64,000 nt of DNA from Octopus sinensis (Eukaryota). The notes under the pieces are model-generated. The model saw nothing but the letters and a program-made list of their open reading frames with translations. It was not told the origin of the DNA and made no database searches. The stretch is from positions 52,204,001 to 52,268,000 of the forward strand of contig NC_043007.1 of the NCBI RefSeq assembly GCF_006345805.1, in the 5' to 3' direction. Within the stretch, counting starts at the first letter, position 1; each line of letters opens with the position of its first letter. Shown here piece by piece: positions 40,639-53,471 of the stretch. A program made the position numbers and the translations under genes.

Positions 40639-41068
40639 AATTAAGGAAACAGAAGATGGATTTGGTATTTGATTTTATTCCATATGACAATTGTTTCGAC
40701 CCATGCTGTGACTGTCTTTTATGGGTGGGATGTTATACATCATACAGTGTTGCATCAGTTTTGTAGTCTGTGTCATGTCAGGTACACGCACACATAAAGT
40801 GGTATTTCATTATTAAGTTCAGGCAGTCATGTTGGTATTTGCCCTCTTCATTAAGTGGACAAATACCAACATGACTGCCCAAACTCAGTACTTTTAGTGG
40901 AACACCACTTGATGTATGCATGTACCTGACGTGTCCCGGACTGAAAAACTGATGCAACACAATATGGTGCACAACATCCCACCCATAAAGGACAGTTGTA
41001 GGATGGGTTGAAACAATTATCATACAGAATAAGGACGAATATTAAATCCCTCTTCTGTTTCCTTAATT
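40639..41068. mobile_element. Older, diverged fold-back element with about 200-bp arms (Penelope-like)
   Basis: Perfect inner 20-bp stem 40822-40841/40860-40879 around an 18-nt loop; outer arms are imperfect inverted repeats; minus strand has GAAAC-AAUU-GUC at 40686-40697. Confidence 0.6.
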
Positions 41069-41687
41069 GATTATATATATATATACAGACAGACAGATAG
41101 ATAGATAGATGTGTGTGCAGGTGTGTAATAAATATGTATTCATGTAAGCATGTATGTATGGTTATATATACATGCATACATACATGTGCACATACGTGTG
41201 GGAGTGTGTGTGTATGTGTAAATATATATATATATATATATATGCACATGCATGTATGTATACATATGTGTATATACACACACGCACACACACAGACAAA
41301 TAGATAGATAGAAATGTGTGTGTGTGTGCATGTGTGTAATAAATGAGTATTCACAAAGGCATGTATGTATGATCGTGTATACATGTGTGCATGTGTAGCA
41401 GGGAGTTAGGCACCTTCTTTGGGAGAATAGTTACATGAATAAGGAGACAAATTTGTCAGAATGCAGGCAGTTTTAATAAGTTTGTAGTATAGTGGGTGGG
41501 TGGGTGGGTGGGTAGGTAGGTAGGTAGGTGGGTAGGTAGGTAAGTTGGCAGGTAGATAGGTAGCCAGCCAGTCAAATATGAAAACAATAAAACTATTAAA
41601 TACCCCAGTTACCATTAAAGCAAAGTTTAAGGTTGCAAGTTTCTAAGATGCACAGATCTGCAGGGTATACCTGCTAGGTGACTCCAG

Positions 41688-41869
41688 AGTGGAAGTAAGC
41701 TGAAATATAGAAGTGGGAGGAGGCAAAGTGGGGTTAATATGGTAAGTAGTCAGATGAATTTAAAGAACCAAATCAGTGAACATGCAACCATTCCTTATTC
41801 CCAACATTTGAAGAACTTACTCAAAGAATTATCAAGTTCTTCATTGGATGCTCCAACATCTATAAAAAG
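41688..41869 (+). CDS. Candidate exon, 60 codons
   Basis: SGSKLKYRSGRRQSGVNMVSSQMNLKNQISEHATIPYSQHLKNLLKELSSSSLDAPTSIK, ending AG|GTAGAA; acceptor is weak. Confidence 0.25.
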
Positions 41870-43617
41870 GTAGAAATAACAAATAAATAGATTAATAAAT
41901 TTAGTTAATTGAAATATTACTTTTATGACTTATTTTTAAATGAGATGTTCCTAAGAGAAGAAGCAAGAACAAGATAAAAGAAACTCTTAATGAAAAATAC
42001 TGGAATTCTGGATTTTTGTTTTTTCTTTTACTAAATCCACAGATGTATTCGGACCAGACACTGCCCTTCACTCTGTCTTGAGACACTACACATGGCTGCA
42101 CATTCCTTTGTAAATCAACTACATTGATTTCACTGTGACAAACTCAAACTTTATAATTGTGTACAGTATAGTCAATAAAACTGATCCATTCTTAGTCTTA
42201 ATCTATAGCCTCATTTAACAACACTAATGGAGCCACATTGTTTAACACCAATGCATAAGTTCACTTTGTTTAACATCAACACCTAGCCTCCCCTGAGTGT
42301 TTGTAATACAGTCTACACTATTGCAAAATTCAGACCAGGTCACCAATCTGAGGATATTAAAACCTTCCCCTGTCTCTTCCTCACAAAACCACCACATCTC
42401 ATTCCTCAAAAAGAAAAAAAAAAAAGAGAAAAAAATCAAAGACACAACCCAGATCTTTTCTGTTTGCCTGTACCTGTGGAAATTTTAAAGTATAGTGAAA
42501 ATTTTTAAATTTGATATATTGATGTCATTTTCCATGCTGAATCTCAGGGGTTATTATCCCTTTTTCCAGAAACTTTTTTTAAAAAGTTAGAGTTTTAAAG
42601 TTTGATCATTTTTACCCAGTCAGAAAACAAGATTTGAAAGCTGCCATTTTGTACGTGACTGTACATGTCTACATGTCAACTGTAAATACATGAAATATTG
42701 GCGGAATTCTACTTTATGCATGCCATATAATCCTTCATATCTTTTTTTTTTTTTGGAATTTTCAGAAAATTTTTGCGAATTCATATGATTATGCCAAAAC
42801 CCCCCCAAAAAAGGAAAACTTTTGGTGAGTGATTTAAGAGCTATTTAGCTGTTATTTTTAGCACATCTCATGACCACCTCATACTGCATGTGTTTTAAGC
42901 ATTTAATAAGTCACAAAAAGAACGCTTGGTAACAGCTTTAACATTATGGAAACAGTGGCTTTCAACTGACTAAAATTGCCTAAAATTTGCAGCCGCAAAA
43001 AGTTATTAACTCTTTATTTGTTGATTTATTGTGAAAATTAATTTCATGTCAATGACTGGCTCACAAAACTACACAAATACACCAAATATGAAATCAATTG
43101 GAATAAAAATTGAAAAGATCGCACTATCCTTTTGACTAAACTATAAAAAGTACAGTATTGAGAGAAAGGATACATTATCAACCACACTATCCCCTTTTCT
43201 CATACAGCTGTCCACAGAATATTAAACAAATACTTCCATTACAACTAAATACAACAAAAGAATAATGACAGCTGAGTTAGTATATATGTATTATACACAT
43301 ACATTGGTGTTTCTAACAGTTTGTTGTGTAAAATAAACCCATATACACACCAATATGTAAATAAAATTCCCTCGCAAACCAATGATTGTCACTCAGCTTA
43401 TCAGTTGGAAGGCCTAAGGTCCTAGGTTGTACAGAGGTTAAACAACAAAAAATAATTTTTCAATTACCACTTGATCAAATATTTCTGATTTATAATAGAG
43501 GTAATGGTGTAGAAGTAATAACATGCTTCTAACTATTACTTAATACAATAGTATATAGCTACGATATTATATAGTAATGCCACTATATAGCACAAGTACT
43601 GTATAACATCACTATTA

Positions 43618-43825
43618 TGAGTGGGTACTGAAAAGTTCCTGGTTTTGGGGAAAAGAAAATACAAGAGGATCAGTTATTTATGATTTTATTCAACATGTTT
43701 CCCTCTCAGGTTCACACACTTCTAGCAGCAGTCCTTCAGTTTTTCTAAGCCCTGTAAAAGAACTCTTGCACCTCCAACCAAGCCTGTCACGATACCCTTA
43801 AAGCTAGAAATTGTTCAGCACTCCC
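43618..43825. mobile_element. Decayed mariner-type MITE
   Basis: Left TA|TGAGTGGGTACTGAAAAGTTCCTGG and right AAAGCTAGAAATTGTTCAGCACTCCC are imperfect inverted ends. Confidence 0.5.
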
Positions 43826-44071
43826 TGGAAAATAGCACCCAACTACTACATAGCAACAGTGCTATTGTTATAGAAGTATATGGCAAGATTAAGTTACCTT
43901 TAATGGAGTAAAGTACTTTATAAATAGCTATATGGCTAAGAAGTTCACTTCACAAGTAGATGATTCCCGGTCTAATCCTAGTTCTCTGCATCTCAGACAA
44001 GTGGCTTCTACAAGCTTCAGATCAACCAAAGTGACATCTGGATGATGGGTACTACTCCATGTGTGTGTGTG

Positions 44072-44196
<125 letters not shown>

Positions 44197-46569
44197 TAGG
44201 TCAATGTTGGGAACAGAAATGAATGAGGGAGTCAGGTGAACAATCTTAGTTTCAGTGGAAAATCAACCAAAGAGCTTCTATGAGGTTACTCAAACCTGCT
44301 AGATATAGTGGTAAAATCTCCTTCAAATCATATCTACCATCTAAATTAAAGAAGAACATATTGGATAATGTAATCCTAGATACAGTGTAACTGAATAAAA
44401 TATGGAATGGTCATGATCGGAATACATTTGATCATAGGTGTACTGGATTATGACTGACCTAGATAAACAACAAGAATGAGATAAAAAAGTTCTTGATATT
44501 ATAGACCACCAAATAGAATGAGTTGCAACACCAAAGTTAATGATGAGAGACACAGATACAGTCATAAACTTGCTGACTGGTGAAACAATACGATCATTAA
44601 GAAACATTTTCTTTTCTAAAAAATAGGAGTAAAAACTATTTTAAAGCTAAACAAGATACAAGGCAATTAATGATAATCATGCAATATTCAAACTGTATCA
44701 AACAGCAAGGCTTAGCAACTTAATCTTATAGAATTAGTCATTTGTAAGCTGATTAACTTTAATTAAAGCCGAGATTAAAAAATAAATATTTAACAAAATT
44801 AATGGAAGAAATATAACAATGAGTAGTGTTCCTATTTATTCACACTGAATTGTGAAAAAGAAAACGTGCTTCACCAAATGCTTTGTTGGAGGGGAAAAAA
44901 TCCGTTTTTGTCAACGTGAGTTATTGCCCCTGTCGGCAGGGACGGGTGTGTGTGTGAGAGAGAGAAATGTATGTGAATGTGTGTTTATTGTTGTTGCTTA
45001 CTCTCAGTTCACCTGAGTGAGCAGAAGTATGATAGAAGACATTTCAACAATAGCAATTTCAAGTCTGTATACTGAACACAACATTGTCCAATGTATCCTT
45101 CTTGTACAATTTAATTGTTAGGTCTAGTATTTCAAGCAAGCACATAGATGTTGGCTTATGTCCATCTTGTTAAATGAACAAATGTTGAGATTTGAGGGAG
45201 AGTATAGTCGATTATAGTAATCTCTGGTTTTATTTAATCTTTCCTTGAGAGAGAAATGTAATGTCAATCACAGTGGGATTTGAACTTGAAACACCATAAT
45301 TAAATAATACTGATTTAGCCATCTCTTGCTATTCACACACACACACACTAGGCTTTATTGATTGCTTATTACTTTTTAGCAATAACCACAAATAAGAAAA
45401 AAAGCCTCTTAGCTTAAAAAGTAAAATGTCAACTAATATGAGGTCATAGTAAATAAATAAATAATAATAATAGTATCTCTGAAATAACCAGCTGGTTGTT
45501 AATCAGATTATAATGAAGAGAGAAATGTATAAGATGTAGAGAGGGGGAAGTTGCGGATACACACACACACACACAAGTACGCACTCACCCACCCACACAC
45601 ACACCAAGTGGTGATGATGATAAGACGGTGGCTGTTGGTGGATATGATAGATTGATACATGAATTGGGGTGCGAGAGGAGAAAGCTAACTATGGAAGAGG
45701 TTGAGTTGTCATATTTTGGGATAAAGATGTGAGTTTGTAGTATTATGCCAACCTAAGTTTCATTAAGCTGTGGTTTAAGTGAATGGGACTATGAGGGAGA
45801 GAGAGAGAGGGGAAGGAGACACAATGAAGAGAGTGAGAGAGAGAGGAAGGAGACACAATGGAGAGAGAGAGAGAAAAATGAGAGAAAGGACAATGGCATG
45901 CCAAAATGTAAAAACTGATCACCTATTTTGTTGTTTATATTTCAAATAAAGAATTTTGTATGAACGAGATTTTTTTTAAAGAGAAAGTATAGTTGGCAAA
46001 ATGACTAAATTACTAGTAAGTGAACAGACCACTCTTTATAAGAAAATGAACTGATGCATGATGTGTTGGATAATTCACAGTGGATAGTGGACACTTAAAG
46101 TGTAGGAGTACTCTTCTCCATCACAGCTTAATATTTCAAGTTATTTCCCTTGGCTGATTTTTCCTGATGCAAATTATTCTGGTTGAAAATTATAACCGTT
46201 CTCTTTGTAATACCTACTGACAAACAAAACAAGTTTCATTAGAACAACACTTGATGAGCTGCTATTTCAAGCAGATTATGTGACCATGAAGCTGCCCCTT
46301 TGCTGACTTATGAAGGTGTTCTTGATAATCAATAACACTGGGACTTGACGTTCAATACTGTTGTCACTATTTAAAGAGTAGATAGGTTCTTCATCACATG
46401 AAGTTAATACTGATATAGTTTTGAGTAAAATGGAGTTGCTATTGTTGTGTATGAGTGCAGTAGTGATCTAGAAGTAACTGATCAACAAGTCACTGCTTGA
46501 ACAGTTCAATATGACAGATCATCATCTAAAAACCAGATGATAATGATAATGATGATGATAATAACAATC

Positions 46570-49500
46570 ATAATAATTAATTCTTTTATTAGCCACAAGG
46601 GCTGACAAAAATTAATTATCACATAAAGGGAGAAAACAGGACGAAAGGTTACAAAGGGTTTTGTCCGTTTGTGAAAAAATCCGAGTAAAAACAGTTTAAC
46701 AACGAAAGATTATAACAATGAAAAATTCCCAATAGGGGGAGGCGCTTCGAAAGGTTCCTGGTGGAAACAAACCCATAAAAGCCAACGGGAGCCTGGTCAA
46801 AAGGGGGGTAGAGAGCCCCTTTCTCCTTTTGTAATACTTTTTTAAATCACAGGTGTAACCTCAGAATGGCTCCTTTCACACTGGCCATTCTTGCGACATT
46901 TATCCACCTTTTATTAAACTTGCTATCGGATAGCACTTCCCTCTCTACTCTCACCTTCCTTTACAAGTGAAACTTGAAAAAGTTGATGAGATCTGGGCCA
47001 AAGAGGAAAGTGTCTGACCATAGCCCTTTCAAATGGGTCCACCATACCACCTCTTTCGCTACAGCCACTAGGCAAAGGAAAACTGCCTTGCCCTCCTGGT
47101 TAAAGGAGGTTGGCGGAGCAATCCTCACTATGGATTCAGCTGATAGCCGGATCCGTCCTATACGCGACAGTAGCTGTTTGACATAAACCCATAGTTCTGC
47201 AATACTCGGACACTCGACGAGTGCGTGTAGAATGGTTTCGTCGTCCTGGCAGCACCTCGGGCAGGCCCTGCTGACGGCACTTCTGTGCCAGTAGAGTTAT
47301 CTCGAACAGGCAGAGCCCCTCGGTAACACTGCCAGGCGAAGGACCTCTGGAAATTATCCATTGGCCCCGGCCTGAAAATCCTCCTGAACAGACTGCTCAG
47401 CTCTTTATCGTCACTGCCTAGAGTTTCCCCGAGAATGTCGTCGCACTTTTCTTCCACTAACCTTCTAAAGAACGCTAGGGTGGAACTACTACCGATCACA
47501 TTGCCCACTTGGCGGAGGGCAGAGAGAGCTTGATGGCACTCGAGGTGCCAAGTACCCTTTCTCGGTCTACGTTTGATCCAGGCCTGCAGCTCTGTCAAAG
47601 AGACGAGGTGCGGAAAGTCGCGTCTTACAAAAGATGACCACACCTGTTCACCGTCTAGGAAACGCTTGAGATGTCATAGCCTGAGCGCATGTCTGCGCAT
47701 CAGTAACCATGGTATGCCAAGGCCTCCATTCAGCAATCGTTGACAGCAGATGGATCGCCTGACAAGTGGTACCTGACCCTTCCACAAAAAGTCAAAGAGC
47801 AAGCGTACCAGCTTGGCCAACCACCAGTCGGGACAAGGGACGACGGACAAGCGGTAATAGATGACGGATGTGATGTATGCATTCACCACCTCCACTCGAC
47901 CTTTCAGGGACAGCTTCCTCTCAGCCCAATTCTGGGTGAGATTGGCCACTCTGCTCGTCACTTCTTCCCAGTTTTTATCCACCGAACCAGACCCCGAGCA
48001 GTTTAACGGATCCGTCTGTCCAGCGCCCTACGACGCTGTTGGACGGCATGGAGCTGCCTCTCCAGGTGCCTAGTTGCAAGCCCACGGACTTTCCCATGTT
48101 AATTTTTGTTCCTGTCACCGCTTTGTATTCGTTCAGCGTCTCGCCGATCAGGTCAATGTCCCTATAGCTCGACACCATCACAGTGACGACATCGGCATGG
48201 GCAGACATGCTGTTTCCACCTCCTAGATCGCGCGGGATACCCCCTCAAAGCCTCCAACTTGCGCAATAATGGCTCGAGAGTCAATACGTACAAGAGAGAG
48301 GAGAGAGGGCATCCTTGGCGGACCGAACGTGAGATGTCAAACAGCTCTGAAAGGTGACCATTCACCCGTATTACCGAGCAGATGTTGCTGTATAAAGCAG
48401 CGATCCACCCACGGAAGACTGGACTGAAGCCGGCTGCCTTGAGAACAGCTGCCAGGTATCGATGGTCGATCCTATTGAAGGCTTTACTTTGATCTAAATT
48501 GATCAAAGCCCCACCCGCGACAGCGTCGTTACCCACCCTCCCTATGGTGTAGCGCATGAAATGGAGATTAATGTGTATCGACCTGGTCGGCACAGCGCAT
48601 GTCTGCGCCTTGCCAACCAGCTTACCCACGACGAGCGCCAATCTCTTGGCCAAAATCTTCAGCTCTGCATTGAGCAGAGTGATGGGCCGAAAGTTCCCTA
48701 TAATGACCCCCTTGTTTGGGTCCTTTCTCAGCAAAGCCACCACTCCTCAACAAACAAAAGCAGGAATTCTCCCATTTTGCTGCCAGTTGCAGTAGACGTT
48801 TGCCAAGAGGCCCGCAAACAAGTCTGGCATTGAAGTGTAAAGCTCGTAGAGCAGACAATCTACCTCTCGTGCAGCTTTTCATTGCTTCCTCCACTTCCCA
48901 GGCAGATATTGGCCTTTCGCAGCACTCTGCCTCACTGTCCGAGAGTTGCGGTAGACCGTCCAGGTACACACCGAAGTCTGTACCGTTCGCCCCAAACAGT
49001 TGAGCTAAGTGCTGCTAAAACACCACACACATCTGCTTCGGCTCAGAAACCTCGCGCCTGTTCTGGTCCACCAAAGACCGAATGGTCGCTTTGTTGCCCC
49101 ACTTTGCCTCTGCCACACGGGCCCATCGAGCGGCCTTAGTCCCCTCCCCGCTTAGCGAACACACCTTAGCTCTGGCAACGCAGCCTTCGTGTTTGGCGTC
49201 AAAGTGTTGGTCGAGGGCCAACCTAGCCGCCAACACGTCAGTTGCGATGCCTGTCTCAAGAGCCTCGTCTAGTTTTCTAACTAATGCCACTTCGTTTTCC
49301 TACGTTCTACAGCTAGAGCCTTACTAAACCTAATCAACTCTGCCCTAATTGCTCTCTTGAGGGCAAACCACCAGTTGTTGTTGATGATTGCCCCCGTGAG
49401 CTCCCGTTTAACTAATAAACTAATCCGGTCTCTGTAGGCTTTGCACACCATTGACGACGCGTTCAGCTTCCAGTAGCCGGGTTCCTGTCTATGTAGCCTA

Positions 49501-49623
49501 TCTAATTCGACCGTACAGATCACGAATTTGTGGTCTGTGTAGTCGACTAGGTGGAAGTGTGGACACCCTATGCTGTCCTTATCCGCTGGCCTACAGAACA
49601 CTCTATCTAAGTACGATCTAGAC
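46570..49623 (-). mobile_element. 5'-truncated Tx1/L1-clade LINE (endonuclease end, RT, C-terminal Cys-rich region), defective
   Basis: SYLDRV...TDHKFV...GYWKLNAS (APE endonuclease end); NFRPITLLNAELKIL, LDQSKAFNRIDH and VRQGCPLS.LLYVL (RT); YADD degenerated to HADV; WQCYRGALPVRD then a Cys-rich motif; 3' UTR with AATAAA at about 46585-46590 and an (ATT)-like tail; multiple frameshifts. Confidence 0.92.
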
Positions 49624-49639
49624 AATCCGATGCGATTAG

Positions 49640-49860
49640 TCCAAAATAATACCAGTCAATGTACACCACTTGCCCAGAAGGAATGTAAGAGACACCAAGA
49701 CAATATAACAAGGCTTGTCCATTGGACACTTTGCAACAAGTTTGGACTTGACAGCAAAAAATTGGTACAACCATAAACCTGAAAGCATCACTGAAAATGA
49801 TAATGCAAAGATCCTGTGGGATTTTATGATTCAGTGCGACCATAAGATAGAAAATAGGTA
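49640..49860 (+). mobile_element. R4/Dong-like (RLE-type) non-LTR retrotransposon C-terminal fragment
   Basis: SQCTPLAQKECKRHQDNITRLVHWTLC / WYNHKPESITENDNAKILWDFMIQCDHKIENR matches the zinc-knuckle-to-RLE linker pattern (C..LA..EY..RHD.....HW.LC; KILWDF.IQ.D). Confidence 0.75.
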
Positions 49861-49899
49861 GAAGATAATTTTATACCAAAATTTGTTTATTGCTTGCAA

Positions 49900-50220
49900 C
49901 CAGTCACTGTAAAGTCCATTAATTGAAAGGACCAATGAAACAAAACCATTTTCAAATATGTATCAATTTAACTAATTGTATATGTTTCTTATTTTATATA
50001 TTTTATATATTATATTTCTTATTATATACATATAATTGTATATGTTTTCTTATTTTTGTTCCCTTCTTAACAAAACTGTCCGACGAACAGGAACATGAAA
50101 CTCTGAGTAACAGTTTTCGTGATATTTTTGCTGCGTTTAAATAAAGCATATTACGCTACTTTTGGTATTCGAGTACAATTTTTTCCATCTTGTTTCACAT
50201 GTATGTGCTTACTCTGGTGT
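49900..50220 (+). mobile_element. Penelope-like pseudo-LTR remnant
   Basis: Hammerhead-like motif followed by AATAAA; the tail TTTAAATAAAGCATATTAC...TTTCCATCTTGTTTCACATGTATGTGCTTACTC is homologous to the reverse complement of about 3190-3280. Confidence 0.55.
50072..50117 (+). ncRNA. Hammerhead-like motif with variant core CCGACGA
   Basis: AAAACUGU-CCGACGA-ACAGGAACAU-GAAAC(UCUGA)GUA-ACAGUUUU: 8-bp stem I, GUA site, weak stem II; AATAAA about 20 nt downstream. Confidence 0.55.
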
Positions 50221-50270
50221 ATGTATGTATATATATATATACACACACACACACACATATATATATATGT

Positions 50271-50662
50271 ACTCTTTTACTTGTTTCAGTCATTTGACTG
50301 TGGCCATGCTGGAGCACTGCCTTTAGTCGAGCAAATTGAGCCCAAGACTTATCCTTTGGAAGCCTAGTACTTATTCTATTGGTCACTTTTGTCAAACCGC
50401 TAAGTTACGGGGGACGTAAACACCACCAACAGTTGTCAAGCAATGTTGGGTGGACAAACACAGACACACAAACATATGTGCGCATACATATACATATATA
50501 TGATGGGCTTCTTTCAGTTTCTGTCTACTAAATCCACTCACAAGGATTTGGTCGGCCTGAGGCTATAGTAGAAGACCCTTGCCCAAGGTGCCACACAGTG
50601 GTACTGAACCCAGAACCATGTGGTTGGTAACCAAGCTACTTACCACATAGCCACTCCTGCAC
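50271..50662 (-). mobile_element. Near full-length tRNA-derived SINE (family A)
   Basis: Minus-strand head GGAGTGGCTATGTGGTAAG (A-box-like), GGGTTCAGTACC (B-box-like), CORE-like CACCTTGGGCAAG; internal CA tract. Related copies at about 5230, 9170, 12700, 43940, 57780, 59455 and 62760. Confidence 0.85.
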
Positions 50663-50710
50663 CTATGTATATATCTATAATGCATCTATATAATATAATA
50701 CATGTGTGTG

Positions 50711-50749
<39 letters not shown>

Positions 50750-50791
50750 CGCTATAATATATTTAATATATTATATATCATTATATATAAA

Positions 50792-50822
<31 letters not shown>

Positions 50823-51084
50823 CATTATCATTCAATGTCTTTTCCATGCTGGCATGGGTTGGATGGTTTGATAGGAACTGACCAGCTGAAGGGATGTTTA
50901 GACTCCAGGTCTGTTTTGGCATGGTTTCTACGGCTGGATATCCTTCCTAACACCAACCACTTTACAGAGTGTACTGGGTACTTTTATGCAGCACTGGCAC
51001 AGGTGCCTTTTATGTGACAACAGCACCTATGAGCCTGCTAGATTAGGGATGCTCAGCTGGAGAGGGTTGCAGGGGATGAGCCTC

Positions 51085-51212
51085 TCCACCTGGTGTCTCG
51101 ATTCTCTGTCATCCCCTCTGTGACTCCCAATGTCTGTAGATCCTTTCTCACCCCTTCATTCTACGTCTTCCTGGGTCTACCCTTTCCACATGTTCCCTCT
51201 ACACCTGCACCT
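51085..51212 (-). mobile_element. RTE LINE C-terminal fragment
   Basis: VEGTCGKGRPRKT*NEGVRKDLQTLGVTEGMTENRD, the RTE-type GRPRKTW region. Confidence 0.75.
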
Positions 51213-52198
51213 CCACTTAAACTGTTTATAAATAAGCTAATATCAAGAATAAATAATCTGGTCATGTTGATAAATAATAAATAGGTGAAGAAAATTATAC
51301 TATGTAACATACAGTGTATGAATAATTTTTAATGTAAGTAACTAATGCTAGCCTACTCTACAAAAAAACACCAAGAAAGAACAAGTGGGTTTAACAATGG
51401 AAGAGGAACAATTTCAATGTGGTTAGAGTATTGCAAAGAAATAGGTAATATATCCAGAATAAAACTCTGATGATGTTGACATGACAACAAATGTATTATA
51501 AACATTATATGACAAAATATAGGAATAAATTCTATTTCAGTAATTATACCTATACATATTATGTCATATTGACATTCATCATCAGCAACTTTTTGCTGTG
51601 TTTTCATATTTTTATTTTCCTTATCTGTCAGTCCACTATTTTCCTTCCATCAAACATTGTAAAACTAAAATTTCAAAATGTCACAGCTACAACTAACTTC
51701 TGTCAGAAATTTCACTAAAAGTAGCTCAAATAGTTAACTGATGCCCTGGTTTGGCTAAGTTTATCTATGAAATATGTCTACAATTAAAACAAACAAATAC
51801 AACGGCCATGGCAATGAGTAAGTGACTGAAATATTGAGACACAAGTAAATATAACATAACATCCACTGACCTGTGTCAGTAAAGAGATCAATATGCAAGC
51901 CTATGTCATTATTTAGGCAACATGACTCCTCAGGGCTCATATATATGTATGTGCATGTATGAGTGAGTGAGTGAGTACATAATACACACACACACATGTA
52001 GAGAGAGAGAGGTATCTATTATAAATTGTAGATGAAACAACTTCTTTATGGACAATTTTTTGATTGAATATAGACTGTTTGAAATTGATATTGGGAGTTA
52101 CTGTTCTCCTACAAAAATCCAAGACCCACATTTCATCATATGTTCCATTTTTTGCAGGTGTTCTGCAGTTTGATGCCCTTTCTATCATCAACCATTTT

Positions 52199-52283
52199 AC
52201 ACTTTCTGTGCCCTATTAGTATTTGCAAAGGGAAGTCATCCTGCCCAACTTCAACCTCACATGATACACACAAACCCAGGTTT
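52199..52283 (-). mobile_element. Diverged partial copy of the 353-bp retrozyme-like unit
   Basis: ACACTTTCTGTGCCCTATTAGTATTTGCAAAGGGAAGTCATCCTGCCCAACTTCAACC...ATGATACACAC aligns by eye to about 54651-54735; the ribozyme part is eroded (AAACCCAGGTTTG vs GGACTCGAGTTTC). Confidence 0.75.
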
Positions 52284-52344
52284 GTTTTTGATTTTGTCAA
52301 ACTACACAGTATAGTAGGATCAGTTGGGCACTGTCTGTGAGAAA

Positions 52345-53073
52345 TTCACTCTGACAGAAATCTAGAAATGACATGCTGTACTGCTTGGCATTCGTCCAGA
52401 AGCTCCAACACGACATTTCAGAGTGTTTGGGTGTCAATCTGAGGACATGTACCGAGAGTGATAAAAATCAAACAAACATCCAGTGAACATCATGGTGTTT
52501 GGAGTGATTACTAATGATGGTGACATTATGCCTCCATTCATCTCACATGGCCTCAGACTCAACGTGGAGGCCTACATCAAGTGCCTGGAGGAGGTAGTGC
52601 TGTCCTGGGTCAAGAGAGTGGTTGCTGGAAGACCCTATGTCTGGCAACAGGACTCTGCACCATGCCACGCAAGCAGGAGAACCCAGTCATGGCTGTCAGA
52701 CAATTTCTGCAACCACATCACCCCTAACATCTCACCACTCAACTCCCCAGACTGCAACCCCCTTGATTATCATATGTGGGATGCAGTTGAGCAAGAGACC
52801 AACAAAACTCCTTGTAACACCAAAGATGAACTGAAGGCAAGGATTATGGCAGAATTTACCAACTTAAACGAGACAGTCCAGAAGAGTTGCAGGAGATTCT
52901 GAAGTCATCTGGAGGCCATGGTTGAAGCCAATGGCGATTTTATTGAATAAATTTACTCTTTAGTATTTAAAAATATTTTTATGTAATTTTGGTAATTGCA
53001 TCTGTTAAAATGAGATGTCAGTGTTATTTTCATTTATCCGTAATTTAGATGACAGTTTATTCACTGCACCCTG
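52345..53073 (+). mobile_element. Internally deleted DD37D (maT) transposon
   Basis: ORF 52483-52902: VMVFGVI...YVWQQDSAPCH...SPDCNPLDY with 37 residues counted between the last two Asp; N-terminal HAVLLGIR fragment upstream; right end ...CACCCTG at 53073. Confidence 0.9.
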
Positions 53074-53421
53074 AGTATGTATGTGTGTATTTATATATAT
53101 ATATATGAATATATGAGTGATATGTATATATATATATGTATACATGGTGTGTCAGCAGACCAATGTTGTAATTCTTTATGTCAAATACATAACTTAGCAG
53201 ATCAATGAACAGAAATTCATAAAATAAGTACTCGACAGAAATAATTATTGAGATAAATGTGATTGACAGAAAATATCATGAAGGTGGTGTCCCAGAATGG
53301 TCACAGTCCAATGACTGCAGGTAATAAAAAAATAAAGGAACAAGGTTAGAAAGGGATAAAGAAAAGAAGGATGTTTGCAAAAAGAAAGATGTGTGTGTGT
53401 ACCTGTGAGTGAGAGAGAGAC

Positions 53422-53471
53422 TGAAGTGCATGTGTGAGTGAAGTGCATGTGTGAGTGAAGTGCATGTGTGA
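53422..53471. repeat. 17-bp tandem repeat x3
   Basis: (G)TGAAGTGCATGTGTGA repeated three times. Confidence 0.85.

Noticed and set aside
41648-41694. RVYLLGDSRVE as a small-GTPase P-loop
   Set aside because: Lacks the GxxxxGK[ST] lysine and no G2-G5 motifs are found nearby.
46278-46469. 63-codon minus-strand open stretch after a TTCTAG acceptor
   Set aside because: No recognisable domain or linked exons; compatible with chance or decayed sequence.
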